A stretch of DNA of 64,000 nt from an uncultured Candidatus Saccharibacteria bacterium (GTDB lineage: Bacteria > Patescibacteriota > Minisyncoccia > Phycocordibacterales > DSPV01), in NCBI GenBank assembly GCA_964349135.1, contig CAYGFK010000001.1:10717-74716 (forward strand), read 5' to 3'. The position numbers were made by a program, and so were the translations under genes. Within the stretch, counting starts at the first letter, position 1. Every line of letters starts with the position of its first letter. Of this stretch, positions 1 to 8,517 are shown one piece after another. The notes beneath the pieces were generated by a model. The model saw nothing but the letters and a program-made list of their open reading frames with translations. It was not told where the DNA came from and ran no database searches.

Positions 1-2
1 CG

Positions 3-1130
3 GGAGATTTGGAACCACTTCTAACCGCTAAGAAACCTCCCGCATCGCTTACACTCGAATATCTTCGCGGAGAGAAACAGATTCCGATACCTGAAAAGAG
101 ACGAGAATCAGAGAAGGGAGCTCTTAAAATCCGTGGAGCGAAAATCTTTAACCTTAAGAATATAAATGTGGAGGTGCCACTTGGTAAACTTGTCTCAGTG
201 ACAGGTGTTTCGGGCTCCGGGAAATCTTCCCTTGTCTATGAGGTGCTCCATAAGAACCTTCTTGCGCGACTTGACCGTAAGTACCGTTCGAACGACACAT
301 TCAATTGCGCAAGTTTTACAGGGTCTGAATATCTCGGCCGGGCTATCTTGATAGACCAGTCGCCGATAGGCCGTACACCGCGTTCGAATCCCGCAACCTA
401 TACGGGAGCGTTTGCGTTCATTCGTGAGTTGTTTGCCGAGACATCGGAGGCCCGGGCACACGGGTGGGGCGCCAGCCGATTCTCCTTTAACGTGCCGACG
501 GCGCGTCGCGGGGGACGTTGTGAGGCCTGTGAAGGGAATGGTGAAATTGCCGTTGAAATGCACTTCTTGCCGACGGTGTACGTCACGTGCGAAGTTTGTG
601 GCGGGAAACGTTTTATGAAAGAGACGCTTGAGGTTACCTTTAAAAAGAAGAATATACATCAAGTTCTTGAAATGACTATCGAAGAGGCCATCGTATTTTT
701 CGAAGATATTCCTGCGATTTATGACCGTCTCAAGACGCTTGATGATGTGGGGCTCGGGTATTTGAAGCTTGGTCAGTCAGCGACGACGCTCTCCGGTGGA
801 GAAGCTCAGCGCGTGAAAATCGCGTCAGAGCTTTATCGTCCGCATCTGCAGAAGACCATCTATCTCCTTGATGAGCCGACTATAGGGTTGCATTATGAGG
901 ATGTTAAGAGACTCATTGAGATATTGCAGAAACTGGTTGACCGAGGAAACACGGTGGTGGTCATTGAACATAATATGGAGGTTATCAAGTCGTCTGATTA
1001 TCTCATTGATATCGGCCCCGAGGGAGGGGATGGCGGCGGCAAGGTTGTGGCAAAAGGTACACCTGAAGAAGTGGCGCAAACCGACACGCATACCGGTAAC
1101 TATCTTCGTAAGACTCTCCGAAAGAAATAA
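3..1130 (+). CDS. uvrA: Excinuclease ABC subunit A, C-terminal part (5' end lies outside the window)
   Basis: Second ABC ATPase domain: Walker A GVSGSGKSS, ABC signature LSGGEAQR, Walker B LLDEPT. C-terminal Zn-finger cysteines CEACEG...CEVCGG. The ORF runs from the window edge. Confidence 0.9.
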   Translation, partial: GDLEPLLTAKKPPASLTLEYLRGEKQIPIPEKRRESEKGALKIRGAKIFNLKNINVEVPLGKLVSVTGVSGSGKSSLVYEVLHKNLLARLDRKYRSNDTFNCASFTGSEYLGRAILIDQSPIGRTPRSNPATYTGAFAFIRELFAETSEARAHGWGASRFSFNVPTARRGGRCEACEGNGEIAVEMHFLPTVYVTCEVCGGKRFMKETLEVTFKKKNIHQVLEMTIEEAIVFFEDIPAIYDRLKTLDDVGLGYLKLGQSATTLSGGEAQRVKIASELYRPHLQKTIYLLDEPTIGLHYEDVKRLIEILQKLVDRGNTVVVIEHNMEVIKSSDYLIDIGPEGGDGGGKVVAKGTPEEVAQTDTHTGNYLRKTLRKK

Positions 1131-1188
1131 CGAACTCCTGGTGATATTTTGACGAGTTATGTGCCTGTGATAGCATGCGGGAAGATGT

Positions 1189-1214
1189 AAACGTGCATGG
1201 TGCACGTTTTTTCT
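1189..1214 (+). terminator. Rho-independent terminator after uvrA
   Basis: Hairpin acgtgcaTGGtgcacgt followed by a T6 run. Confidence 0.6.
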
Positions 1215-1227
1215 TTGAAAGGATATT

Positions 1228-1995
1228 ATGAATACAGAAACAATAGTTCCGTTTGATAACGAAGGTTTACTGACGCTTGCCACACGATGTGGCGGATTCT
1301 ACGAGTGTCCGAAGGACACTGATGGAAAACGGCTCGGACCGCTTGTCGGCTATGCCGGCCGAGATTCTCTTGGCAGGCAGTATGTTGGTGAAGTGTATGT
1401 AAATTTCGCCAAGGTCGAACGACATCCAAAAGCGCTCTCCAGAGTCGCTTCTCTTCTGCTCGACAAGATGCTTGCGCACGATAATGAGTGCATGGACATG
1501 ACATCGGGTTTTTGCGGTGCCCCTGAAGGTGGTAAAGCGCTTGCGCAGGCTTTGTCGGTGCTCACTGGTAAGCAGTACATCTTTCCTGAAAAGAAGATTA
1601 CCGCTCTCGCGACCGATAGTTCACGTGAGCAATCGGAGCTTGTCTGGGGCCGGCATGAGCCCCGTCCTGTAGGTGGGTGGTGGATTGTCGAAGACGTATG
1701 CAATAACTTCTCGACAACATTGAAATTTGTTGACCTGTTTCGTATCTACGGTTCGTTTCCCATTGGCATTATCTGTTTCCTGAATCGGTCGATTAGCACG
1801 GTTGACCGATTATCGGTGAGTATGGATGGGCCCGATATGCCTATCCTCTACGCCGTTCATAAGCCCTTTAGCCAGTATGAGGTCGGGCATATGCATGTGG
1901 AGCGCGATGTATCTATTGGCAACGTCGTCTGGAAGCCGAAAGCGGAGTGGGGTCGCCTTACAGAAGCGGTGGCGAATGCACGCGTGCAACAATAG
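1228..1995 (+). CDS. Type I phosphoribosyltransferase-family protein (orotate PRTase-like)
   Basis: PRPP-binding motif WWIVEDVCNNFSTT matches the VLLVDDVITTGGT pattern. Upstream FCGAPEGGKALAQALS resembles the PyrE FGPAYKGIPIA region. The exact substrate is not assignable. Confidence 0.5.
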   Translation: MNTETIVPFDNEGLLTLATRCGGFYECPKDTDGKRLGPLVGYAGRDSLGRQYVGEVYVNFAKVERHPKALSRVASLLLDKMLAHDNECMDMTSGFCGAPEGGKALAQALSVLTGKQYIFPEKKITALATDSSREQSELVWGRHEPRPVGGWWIVEDVCNNFSTTLKFVDLFRIYGSFPIGIICFLNRSISTVDRLSVSMDGPDMPILYAVHKPFSQYEVGHMHVERDVSIGNVVWKPKAEWGRLTEAVANARVQQ

Positions 1996-2002
1996 TAGAT
2001 AA

Positions 2003-2047
2003 AGCCTGCGAGCCCGCCGATGGCGGACTCGCAGGCTCTTTTCTTTT
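2003..2047 (+). terminator. Rho-independent terminator (agcctgcgag...ctcgcaggct plus T-run)
   Basis: 10-bp inverted repeat followed by TTTTCTTTT. It overlaps the 5' end of the track ORF, which argues for the uvrC start at 2065. Confidence 0.55.
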
Positions 2048-2064
2048 GTGCTAATTTTACCGGC

Positions 2065-3309
2065 ATGAATACTGAACGGTTACTCAAAAGACTTCCTGAC
2101 AGTCCGGGCGTCTATTTCTTTCTCGGAGCTCGTCGCAAAATACTTTATATTGGCCGTGCAACGTCATTGCGCGACCGTGTGCGAAGCTATTTCACCCATG
2201 ACCTCGCTGAAGTGCGGAGCCCGCTTATCGCCAAGATGATTGCTGAAGCGAAAGGAGTGGATTTCAAGAAGACAGACTCCGTGCTTGAGTCTATTCTGCT
2301 TGAAGCCGACCTCATCAAGAAATTCAAACCACCGTATAACACCGATGACAAAGACGATAAAAGCTTTAATTGTGTGGTGATTACGGATGAAGAGTATCCG
2401 CAGATTGTGCTGGTGCGCAAGAAGGAGTTAGAAGGTGACCGTTTTACTTTCGGGTCTCCGCGAAAGGTTTTCGGTCCATTTACTGAAGGCGGTAAACTCA
2501 AGCTCGCTCTCAAGATTATCCGCAAGATATTTCCGTACCGAGACGGGAAATGTGTACCGAATTCAGGCAAATCTTGTTTCAATCGCCAGATAGGCCTCTG
2601 TCCCGGTGTCTGTATGAATGAGGTTACAAAGATGGACTACGAAAAGACCGTTTGTAACATCGAGCGACTGTTCGAAGGCAAGAAATCATCCATTATTCGT
2701 GTCTTGCGAGCTGAAATGAAGCAGTGTGCCAAGCTTCATGAATTTGAGAAGGCGGGAGAAATCAAACGTCAGCTTTTTTCACTTCAACATATCGCCGACG
2801 TCGCGCTTATCACCGAGACAGCTCCTTCTGACCCAATCCGTTCAGTCCGTATCGAAGCGTTCGACATAGCGCATACATCCGGTCATGAAACCGTTGGTGT
2901 GATGACCGTTGTTTTCGGCGCGTCTGCGGACAAAAAAAGTTACCGCATGTTCCTTATCAGGGGGGCAAAAGCCGGAGATGATGTCGGAGCTCTCAGGGAA
3001 GTGTTGAGTCGCCGATTTAGTCATCCAGAGTGGGGTATGCCGGGTCTTGTGGTTGTTGATGGCGGAAAATCTCAGCTCAATGCCGCACAGAAACTATTGG
3101 CGACTATAGGCCTTTCGATTCCGCTTGTCTCTGTTGTGAAAGATGAACGACATCGTCCACGAGAGGTGTTGGGTGATAGCACGTATAGGCATACCTACGA
3201 GCGGGGGATACTGCTTGCGAATGCTGAAGCACACCGATTCGCCATCTCATTCCACCGTCGTCGGCGCGACCGTATTGGTGTAACGATAAAGAAAAGAAAA
3301 AGCCGGTGA
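2065..3309 (+). CDS. uvrC: UvrC-like excinuclease with GIY-YIG and RNase H-like endonuclease domains but no C-terminal HhH domain (415 aa)
   Basis: N-terminal GIY-YIG (GVYFFLG...ILYIGRATSLRDRVRSYF). UvrC endonuclease domain (IEAFDIAHTSGHETVGVMTVVF). At 415 aa it is about 190 aa shorter than canonical UvrC. Confidence 0.85.
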   Translation: MNTERLLKRLPDSPGVYFFLGARRKILYIGRATSLRDRVRSYFTHDLAEVRSPLIAKMIAEAKGVDFKKTDSVLESILLEADLIKKFKPPYNTDDKDDKSFNCVVITDEEYPQIVLVRKKELEGDRFTFGSPRKVFGPFTEGGKLKLALKIIRKIFPYRDGKCVPNSGKSCFNRQIGLCPGVCMNEVTKMDYEKTVCNIERLFEGKKSSIIRVLRAEMKQCAKLHEFEKAGEIKRQLFSLQHIADVALITETAPSDPIRSVRIEAFDIAHTSGHETVGVMTVVFGASADKKSYRMFLIRGAKAGDDVGALREVLSRRFSHPEWGMPGLVVVDGGKSQLNAAQKLLATIGLSIPLVSVVKDERHRPREVLGDSTYRHTYERGILLANAEAHRFAISFHRRRRDRIGVTIKKRKSR

Positions 3310-3326
3310 CGTGTCACCGGCTTCCG
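3300..3326. terminator. Bidirectional hairpin terminator between the convergent uvrC and Dabb genes
   Basis: gccggtgacGTgtcaccggc perfect inverted repeat. Confidence 0.5.
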
Positions 3327-3335
3327 TGTATTCCC

Positions 3336-3689
3336 TCAGATAGAGAGATAGTCGTGGTCGTGTACGTCCCCGACAATCCAGTCAGCCACTTCACTCAAGC
3401 CACATACAAATTTCTCGTGAAGCGGGTGTTTTTGATAACGTTCAAAGTCTCGGTCGCTTCGAAACATTGAGAAGAGGACGAGCTCGTAACCTTTTCTGGT
3501 ATCGAGATTTTTTCCTACTATCCAGAAGAGAAGTCCTTTACTGACTCCGCCACATTCCGCGCCAAGGACGTTTAATTCTGCCGCCACCTCCTCTCTTTTA
3601 ATGAACGTCGTCTCATCTCTGAATTTGATAAGTACGGTGTGCCAGCGTGCGGGCATACGGTTTCCTTTCGTTGATGGAGTTCTCTCCAA
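3336..3689 (-). CDS. Dabb (stress-responsive A/B-barrel) domain protein
   Basis: 117 aa. C-terminal pattern DFERYQKHPLHEKFV...VGDVHDHDY is typical of Dabb/YciI-like proteins. Confidence 0.55.
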   Translation of the reverse strand: MERTPSTKGNRMPARWHTVLIKFRDETTFIKREEVAAELNVLGAECGGVSKGLLFWIVGKNLDTRKGYELVLFSMFRSDRDFERYQKHPLHEKFVCGLSEVADWIVGDVHDHDYLSI

Positions 3690-3819
3690 AAGATTGCCAC
3701 AAATAATCTACGTGTCAATATATTGCAGGGCGAGGAGGTATGGTCAGATGTATCTGGTAACAGTTCTTAGGGTTGCCTAGTTTTATGGTCAGACGACATC
3801 TAAATAGAAAGGGAAGATT

Positions 3820-4275
3820 ATGATTGATACGTTCGACAAAGTCTTTGAGGCGTTTTTGAAAATGTTTTGGGAGCACCACCGGCATTTTTCCGAGTGTAAC
3901 CAAACGGGGCGATGGTCACAGAGTGACATGGAACGCTTCAGTGAAAGTAAGATTCAACTTGAAGGAGCATCTCGCGTTCTCGGCATCAATGCTCGAGACC
4001 AAGCGCTTCTTCAGAGAAGCTTGCCACTCCTCGGCATGATTAATGGAAATAAGAGCGTGTCTATGAAACCACTCTTTGTCACGTTCATGACGTCGGATTC
4101 GCACTACGCATCTTTGAACGGAAGGCGGGCGATGGTGCTTGATATTATCGAGCAAAGATGGCTGTACCGTTTCGGTCTCGCGGTGAGTCTGAAATTCACC
4201 GATGACCAGCGCCAAACGTATGCCGGTATCGACGAGGTCTCGGTTATTCCCGAAGACAGCACACCCCCTCTGTAG
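3820..4275 (+). CDS. Hypothetical protein (151 aa)
   Basis: Strong SD AAAGGGAAG 7 nt before the ATG and its own terminator at 4262-4291. No recognisable domain. Confidence 0.5.
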   Translation: MIDTFDKVFEAFLKMFWEHHRHFSECNQTGRWSQSDMERFSESKIQLEGASRVLGINARDQALLQRSLPLLGMINGNKSVSMKPLFVTFMTSDSHYASLNGRRAMVLDIIEQRWLYRFGLAVSLKFTDDQRQTYAGIDEVSVIPEDSTPPL

Positions 4276-4291
4276 AGGGGGTGTTTTTTAT
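4262..4291 (+). terminator. Rho-independent terminator
   Basis: acaccccctcTGTAgagggggtgt followed by TTTTTTA. Confidence 0.7.
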
Positions 4292-4314
4292 CCCTCAGTA
4301 AGGCCGTGGAAATA

Positions 4315-4376
4315 GTTGACAATGATATCTAAATATGCTATACTTTTCATCAGATTCAAACCCTCAACAAAGGTAG
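4315..4376 (+). promoter_or_regulatory. Sigma-70-type promoter (TTGACA-17-TATACT) plus conserved leader motif, copy 1
   Basis: TTGACA at 4315-4320, TATACT at 4338-4343, then leader cagATTCAAACCCTCAACAAAGGTAG ending 5 nt before the ATG at 4382. Confidence 0.6.
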
Positions 4377-4381
4377 TTCTT

Positions 4382-4657
4382 ATGAGCAAAACTAGTATCA
4401 CTAAAGGCAGTATCAATCCTCGTGCTTGGAGTAAACCAGATTCTGAGCAGACAAGAACCTCGTGGAGGCTTCAAGTCGTAAGCAAGGTCGACAGCAAGAG
4501 CTTCGTTGGCGGTAGCCTCGACGAACACTCTCTTTCTTCAAAGGAAGAGTGTGAGAAGGTTCTGATTGAAACCGGTCAATTCTGGAAGAAGTTCGGTTGT
4601 GAAATTACGTCCGCCATGGCCGAAGGGCCGGACGGCGAAGTCGTGAAGTTCATCTGA
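4382..4657 (+). CDS. Small hypothetical protein (91 aa), probable member of the small-protein family (C-terminal FGCEITSAMAEGPDGEVV motif)
   Basis: ATG at 4382 follows the conserved leader. The C-terminal motif aligns with ELDCTGSITVYIGGGDGIIEG of the 5148 gene. The track ORF starts at 4316, but the promoter and leader favour 4382. Confidence 0.5.
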   Translation: MSKTSITKGSINPRAWSKPDSEQTRTSWRLQVVSKVDSKSFVGGSLDEHSLSSKEECEKVLIETGQFWKKFGCEITSAMAEGPDGEVVKFI

Positions 4658-4667
4658 ACTTCAGACT

Positions 4668-4705
4668 ATCAGCTCATCGCTTAGGCGGTGAGCTGATTTT
4701 ATTTT
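4668..4705. terminator. Bidirectional terminator (atcagctca...tgagctgat) shared by the convergent genes
   Basis: 8-bp stem hairpin with T-runs on both sides. Confidence 0.55.
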
Positions 4706-5048
4706 ACAAATCGCCGAGGTGCGTGTGTTTGAACGAATCCGGATATTTGAGTCCGAAGCCGATAAGCCGGTCAAGTCCGATGTGTCCGACAAGAATAATA
4801 CCGGCCATGCCGAGGTATGGAGAAGAAAGAAGCGAGCCGGTGATAATGCAGGCGAAGGCGGTGGCGAGTGAGTGAGTGACGTTATAGGTGTATGCACCGA
4901 CACGGTCGTTAATAAAGTAGCCAAGCATGCCGGCATCAGGAGTGAGGATGAGCGCGAGATAAAGCCACCACGGATAGGGGAGCAGGGTGTAAAGATAAAT
5001 AGAGAATGCGAACAGCGCGACATATTCAAGTTTGAGCCAGCTTTTCAT
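4704..5048 (-). CDS. Small integral membrane protein (DUF4260-like, 4 TM)
   Basis: 114 aa with hydrophobic segments throughout. Resembles DUF4260-family membrane proteins by pattern recall only. Confidence 0.45.
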   Translation of the reverse strand: MKSWLKLEYVALFAFSIYLYTLLPYPWWLYLALILTPDAGMLGYFINDRVGAYTYNVTHSLATAFACIITGSLLSSPYLGMAGIILVGHIGLDRLIGFGLKYPDSFKHTHLGDL

Positions 5049-5084
5049 CAGGACAGTATAGCAAGGCGTCTGGCCTCCTAAACA

Positions 5085-5144
5085 TTGACGATACGGAGAA
5101 GTGTGTTAGAATCAAGATAGATTCAAACCTCAACAGAAAGGAAG
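5085..5144 (+). promoter_or_regulatory. Promoter (TTGACG-16-TAGAAT) plus conserved leader motif, copy 2
   Basis: Leader tagATTCAAACCTCAACAGAAAGGAAGatt then ATG at 5148. Confidence 0.6.
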
Positions 5145-5147
5145 ATT

Positions 5148-5570
5148 ATGAAGGTGGACATCGAGATAGTTCCTCACATGTCGTGTTCGTATAAACGGGA
5201 TTGTCAGCGCAAGACATCGGTTGCCACGAATGGGACCTACGATGAGAAATTCAGGCAAAGCAAGATTATTGCACGAATTGTCGGTGCCGTAGGGGCCTTT
5301 GTGGAGTTGGATTGCACAGGTTCCATTACGGTATATATCGGTGGAGGTGATGGCATTATCGAAGGCGACCTTAAAGTTGCCAACGAAGAACAGAAATTAT
5401 TCGCCCTCAAGGAATTTCATGACATCGAGTTTGATATGCTCTTGTTGTCGAGCATGCACCCGCAGGCGAAAGTCGAAGTGGAGTTTACGATGCACACAAC
5501 GTTTGCCGAGGAGGAATCCGACACTGAAATCCTAAGAGCGATTGATTGCTCACGAGTACAACCCGCATGA
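5148..5570 (+). CDS. Hypothetical small protein (140 aa), paralog family member A
   Basis: Own promoter, leader and terminator (5578-5620). Shares AF(V/E)(E/Q)LDC(T/N) and an N-terminal M.V.IEI pattern with the 5743 gene. Confidence 0.55.
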   Translation: MKVDIEIVPHMSCSYKRDCQRKTSVATNGTYDEKFRQSKIIARIVGAVGAFVELDCTGSITVYIGGGDGIIEGDLKVANEEQKLFALKEFHDIEFDMLLLSSMHPQAKVEVEFTMHTTFAEEESDTEILRAIDCSRVQPA

Positions 5571-5577
5571 TACGCGC

Positions 5578-5620
5578 CAACCGCCGATTCGCTACAGCGA
5601 ACCGGCGGTTTTTCTATACT
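5578..5620 (+). terminator. Rho-independent terminator
   Basis: aaccgccgattcgctacagcgaaccggcggtt followed by TTTTCT. Confidence 0.65.
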
Positions 5621-5712
5621 ACGTCTTAACTACGGAGTTTTTTACTGCAATGTCGGACATTGCAGATTTATACATTGACACAGGTGGTATTATGTGACAC
5701 TATATAAATAGG

Positions 5713-5739
5713 TTTTGAACCTCAACAAAAGAAAGGAAA
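5713..5739 (+). promoter_or_regulatory. Conserved leader motif, copy 3 (ttgAACCTCAACAAAAGAAAGGAAAG)
   Basis: Directly precedes the ATG at 5743. TTGACA at 5675-5680 lies upstream. Confidence 0.5.
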
Positions 5740-5742
5740 GAT

Positions 5743-6171
5743 ATGCAAACAGTACGCGTTGAAATACCTTCTGTACTCCGACCACATATGGACGGAAACG
5801 GAAGACTTCGGTCCGGTATTGAATACCGAACAAATCGTAAGGCTGACACCAGTGTGTATTACGGCACCAAGGGTTCAGTTGAGTCACGATTCAAACAGCA
5901 TCAGCAGATGGGTGGAGTCCAGGCAATCATTCAGGCGTTCGAGCAACTCGATTGCAACGCCATTGTACGGGTGGAGGTCAAAGGTGCCACTTATCGATTA
6001 GACGTCGACATTTCAGTCGGTCAACCTTTCCAGCGGAAAATAGTCCGTAAGGCACTGGAAGATATTGAGCGCGTGCTCTCCGTTCTTCAGAGATGGCCAG
6101 AAATGGTTGAATTCACTCTAGGGTTTACGGTCAAGACCGTCTATCTTGAAGCTGGACCACGTTGTGTTTGA
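5743..6171 (+). CDS. Hypothetical small protein (142 aa), paralog family member B
   Basis: Tandem to the 5148 gene. Shared motifs MQTVRVEI / QAFEQLDCNAIVRVEVKG. Terminator at 6203-6232. Confidence 0.55.
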   Translation: MQTVRVEIPSVLRPHMDGNGRLRSGIEYRTNRKADTSVYYGTKGSVESRFKQHQQMGGVQAIIQAFEQLDCNAIVRVEVKGATYRLDVDISVGQPFQRKIVRKALEDIERVLSVLQRWPEMVEFTLGFTVKTVYLEAGPRCV

Positions 6172-6202
6172 GGGTGTCGCTAAAAGTGGTAAGTATTTTA
6201 AA

Positions 6203-6232
6203 ACTGCCGAATCCGTTCGGCAGTTTTTTTCT
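6203..6232. terminator. Bidirectional terminator (actgccgaATCCGttcggcag plus T7) between the 5743 gene and thrS
   Basis: 8-bp stem with a T-run on plus and T/A-rich sequence on minus. Confidence 0.65.
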
Positions 6233-6239
6233 GGAGTTC

Positions 6240-6262
6240 ATTTCAAGGTCCGACCTTGAAAT
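6240..6262. repeat. 23-bp perfect palindrome ATTTCAAGGTCCGACCTTGAAAT, copy 1
   Basis: 11-nt arms around a single C. An identical copy lies at 43238-43260. Confidence 0.8.
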
Positions 6263-6267
6263 AGGGT

Positions 6268-8022
6268 CTATTTCTTTTCGATATTTTCTCTTGAGAGCTT
6301 CTCGGTGATTTTCTCTAGTGAGAGCTCCTCTTTTTCTCCCGAGCGAGATTCGAGCGTGGCAGAATGTGAGCCAGCTTCTTTATCGCCAATGACAAGCCAG
6401 TAAGGAGCTTTTTGGAGTTTTACGTTGCGGACGCGTTTACCGAGAGATTCGTTCGGGTCGGAGAGTTCGGCACGAATGCCGGAGGAGGAGAGAGCGGTGA
6501 GCGCTTCGCGAGCCGCGCTTTCATGTTTCTCGCTGACGGGTAAGATGACCGCTTGCACCGGTGAGAGCCAGAGTGGGAATACTCCCGCATAATGCTCGAT
6601 AAGGATGGCGAGAAATCGTTCGATAGAGCCCATGATGGCGGCGTGGAGCATGACGATACGTTCCTTCTCTCCTTTTTCATTGATACAGGTCAGGTCGAAA
6701 CGTTCGGGCATGTTCATGTCGAGCTGGATAGTAGCCACTTGATGTTCGCGTCCGAGCGCATCTTTTCCAAGGAAGTCGATTTTTGGTCCGTAGAACGCGG
6801 CTTCGCCCGGAGCTTCTTCCGCGACAGCCCCTTTTTCGCTCACAATCTCACGGAGAACGTTTTCGGCATGAGTCCAGGTCTTTTCGTCACCGAGATATTT
6901 TTCCATTTGGTTCTTATCGTGAAGTGAAAGTCGGTAAGAAAGCGAAAAACCGAATGCTCCGTAGAATGTCGAAATGATATCCCAGATGGCGCTGGCCTCG
7001 TCTTTTACTTGTGTGGAGCGACAAAAGACGTGTGCATCATCTTGAGTGATTGACCTGACACGTGAGAGTCCCGCCATTTCGCCAGATTGTTCGTCGCGGT
7101 AGACCTTTGTCGTGTTTGCATATCGTTGCGGAAGTTCGCGGTAGCTCCAGAGTTTGCGTGCGTAAATTTGTGTGTGATGCGGGCAATTCATCGGCTTCAT
7201 GGCAAATTCATGACCTTCGCGCGTGGTAATGCGGAATAGCTCGTCCTGAAATTTTGCCCAGTGACCACTTTTCTCGTAAAGGTCTTTTTTGGTGATATGG
7301 GGTATGTCGACGCGAACGTATCCACGTGCCTTTCGCAGCTCCCAGACGAAACCTTCAAGAAGGTCGCGGACAAGGGTTCCTCGAGGTGTCCAGAGGGGGA
7401 GTCCCGCACCGACAAGTTCGGAGAATATAAAGAGGTCGAGTTCTTGCCCGAGTTTTTTATGGTCGCGTTTTTTCGCTTCCTCCACTTGGTGTTTGTAGCT
7501 CTCGAGTTCATTGGCGCTTTCAAAGGCAAGTCCGTAGATGCGGGTGAGCATTTTATTGTTTTCGTCACCGCGCCAGTAGGCGCCGGCGACACGGTCAAGA
7601 TTCCATGACCCTGATGCAATGTCTTTCGACGGATTGTCAGCGTGACCCCCCCGGCACAAATCAGTGAAATCGCCTGAGGTGTAAAAGGTGAGTTTTTGTC
7701 CGTCTTTGACGATGTCGCCGATGAGTTCGAGTTTATAATGATTACCCGCAAAGTGCCGGCGCGCTTCGTCTTCGGTGACCTCTTTACCTTCAAAGCCCGT
7801 CCACTTTTTTACAAGTTCGCGCATTTTCTGCTCTATCTTCGGTAGTTCTTTTTCACTGACGGCAAGATTGTCAAAGTCGTAATAGAACCCATTGTCGATT
7901 GCCGGACCGATAGTCGGTATCGCGTCAGGGTAGAGTTCACGTACGGCAGCGGCGAGCAGGTGTGCAAGCGAGTGGCGTTTATGGTCGAGCGAGTTGTTTT
8001 TCATGGCACTAACTATAGACAT
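6268..8022 (-). CDS. thrS: Threonyl-tRNA synthetase (584 aa, N-terminal TGS region shortened)
   Basis: Editing-domain histidines (HRHSLAHLLAAAV), a class II catalytic core and a C-terminal anticodon-binding domain are all recognisable. Confidence 0.93.
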   Translation of the reverse strand: MSIVSAMKNNSLDHKRHSLAHLLAAAVRELYPDAIPTIGPAIDNGFYYDFDNLAVSEKELPKIEQKMRELVKKWTGFEGKEVTEDEARRHFAGNHYKLELIGDIVKDGQKLTFYTSGDFTDLCRGGHADNPSKDIASGSWNLDRVAGAYWRGDENNKMLTRIYGLAFESANELESYKHQVEEAKKRDHKKLGQELDLFIFSELVGAGLPLWTPRGTLVRDLLEGFVWELRKARGYVRVDIPHITKKDLYEKSGHWAKFQDELFRITTREGHEFAMKPMNCPHHTQIYARKLWSYRELPQRYANTTKVYRDEQSGEMAGLSRVRSITQDDAHVFCRSTQVKDEASAIWDIISTFYGAFGFSLSYRLSLHDKNQMEKYLGDEKTWTHAENVLREIVSEKGAVAEEAPGEAAFYGPKIDFLGKDALGREHQVATIQLDMNMPERFDLTCINEKGEKERIVMLHAAIMGSIERFLAILIEHYAGVFPLWLSPVQAVILPVSEKHESAAREALTALSSSGIRAELSDPNESLGKRVRNVKLQKAPYWLVIGDKEAGSHSATLESRSGEKEELSLEKITEKLSRENIEKK

Positions 8023-8076
8023 TTTCGGGCAAAAAGAAAAGCGCGACCCGTGGGGTCGCGCTTCGTATTTTTTGAG

Positions 8077-8418
8077 TCAGTTGTGAAAGAGGCAGAGAAA
8101 CGCGCTCACTTTGCTTGGGACAATGGTCGGTCCGTCCTGATGCCAATGCCCGGTTCCTTCATCGAATCGGAGTCGTTTTGCTGATACGAGGAGTGAGAGA
8201 CCCTCCGTCTGTACATCGAAATGGAGGGGACTGAATGCTTTCAGTAGTGGAAGCAAGTCCTTCCGGCAGGCTTTCTTTGCGACATGTTTTGAGGTCGCAC
8301 GTTGAAATCTTACATTTCGTTCGAGAGGTACTATCTCAAATACCCCTTTTTGTTTCTTAGGAATGACGCGGAGCACATTGTCTCCGACAATGACCACCAA
8401 TCCGACAGTTGTTTTCAT
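8077..8418 (-). CDS. Hypothetical protein (113 aa)
   Basis: ORF between dnaE and thrS with a downstream hairpin plus T-run at about 8035-8075. No confident domain. Confidence 0.4.
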   Translation of the reverse strand: MKTTVGLVVIVGDNVLRVIPKKQKGVFEIVPLERNVRFQRATSKHVAKKACRKDLLPLLKAFSPLHFDVQTEGLSLLVSAKRLRFDEGTGHWHQDGPTIVPSKVSAFLCLFHN

Positions 8419-8517
8419 GCATGGCCTTTGCGTTAGAGGTTTCAGGGGACGTCTACTATCAGATTATACTTCAGTGCTTTGATGTCAAGAAAAACTGTTT
8501 AGAGCACTGTGATAAAA

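Noticed and set aside
3820-4275. Membership of the 3820 gene in the small-protein paralog family
   Set aside because: Only a weak LDIIEQ versus IIQAFEQLD resemblance, and it lacks the AACCTCAACA leader half. It is kept as an unrelated hypothetical.
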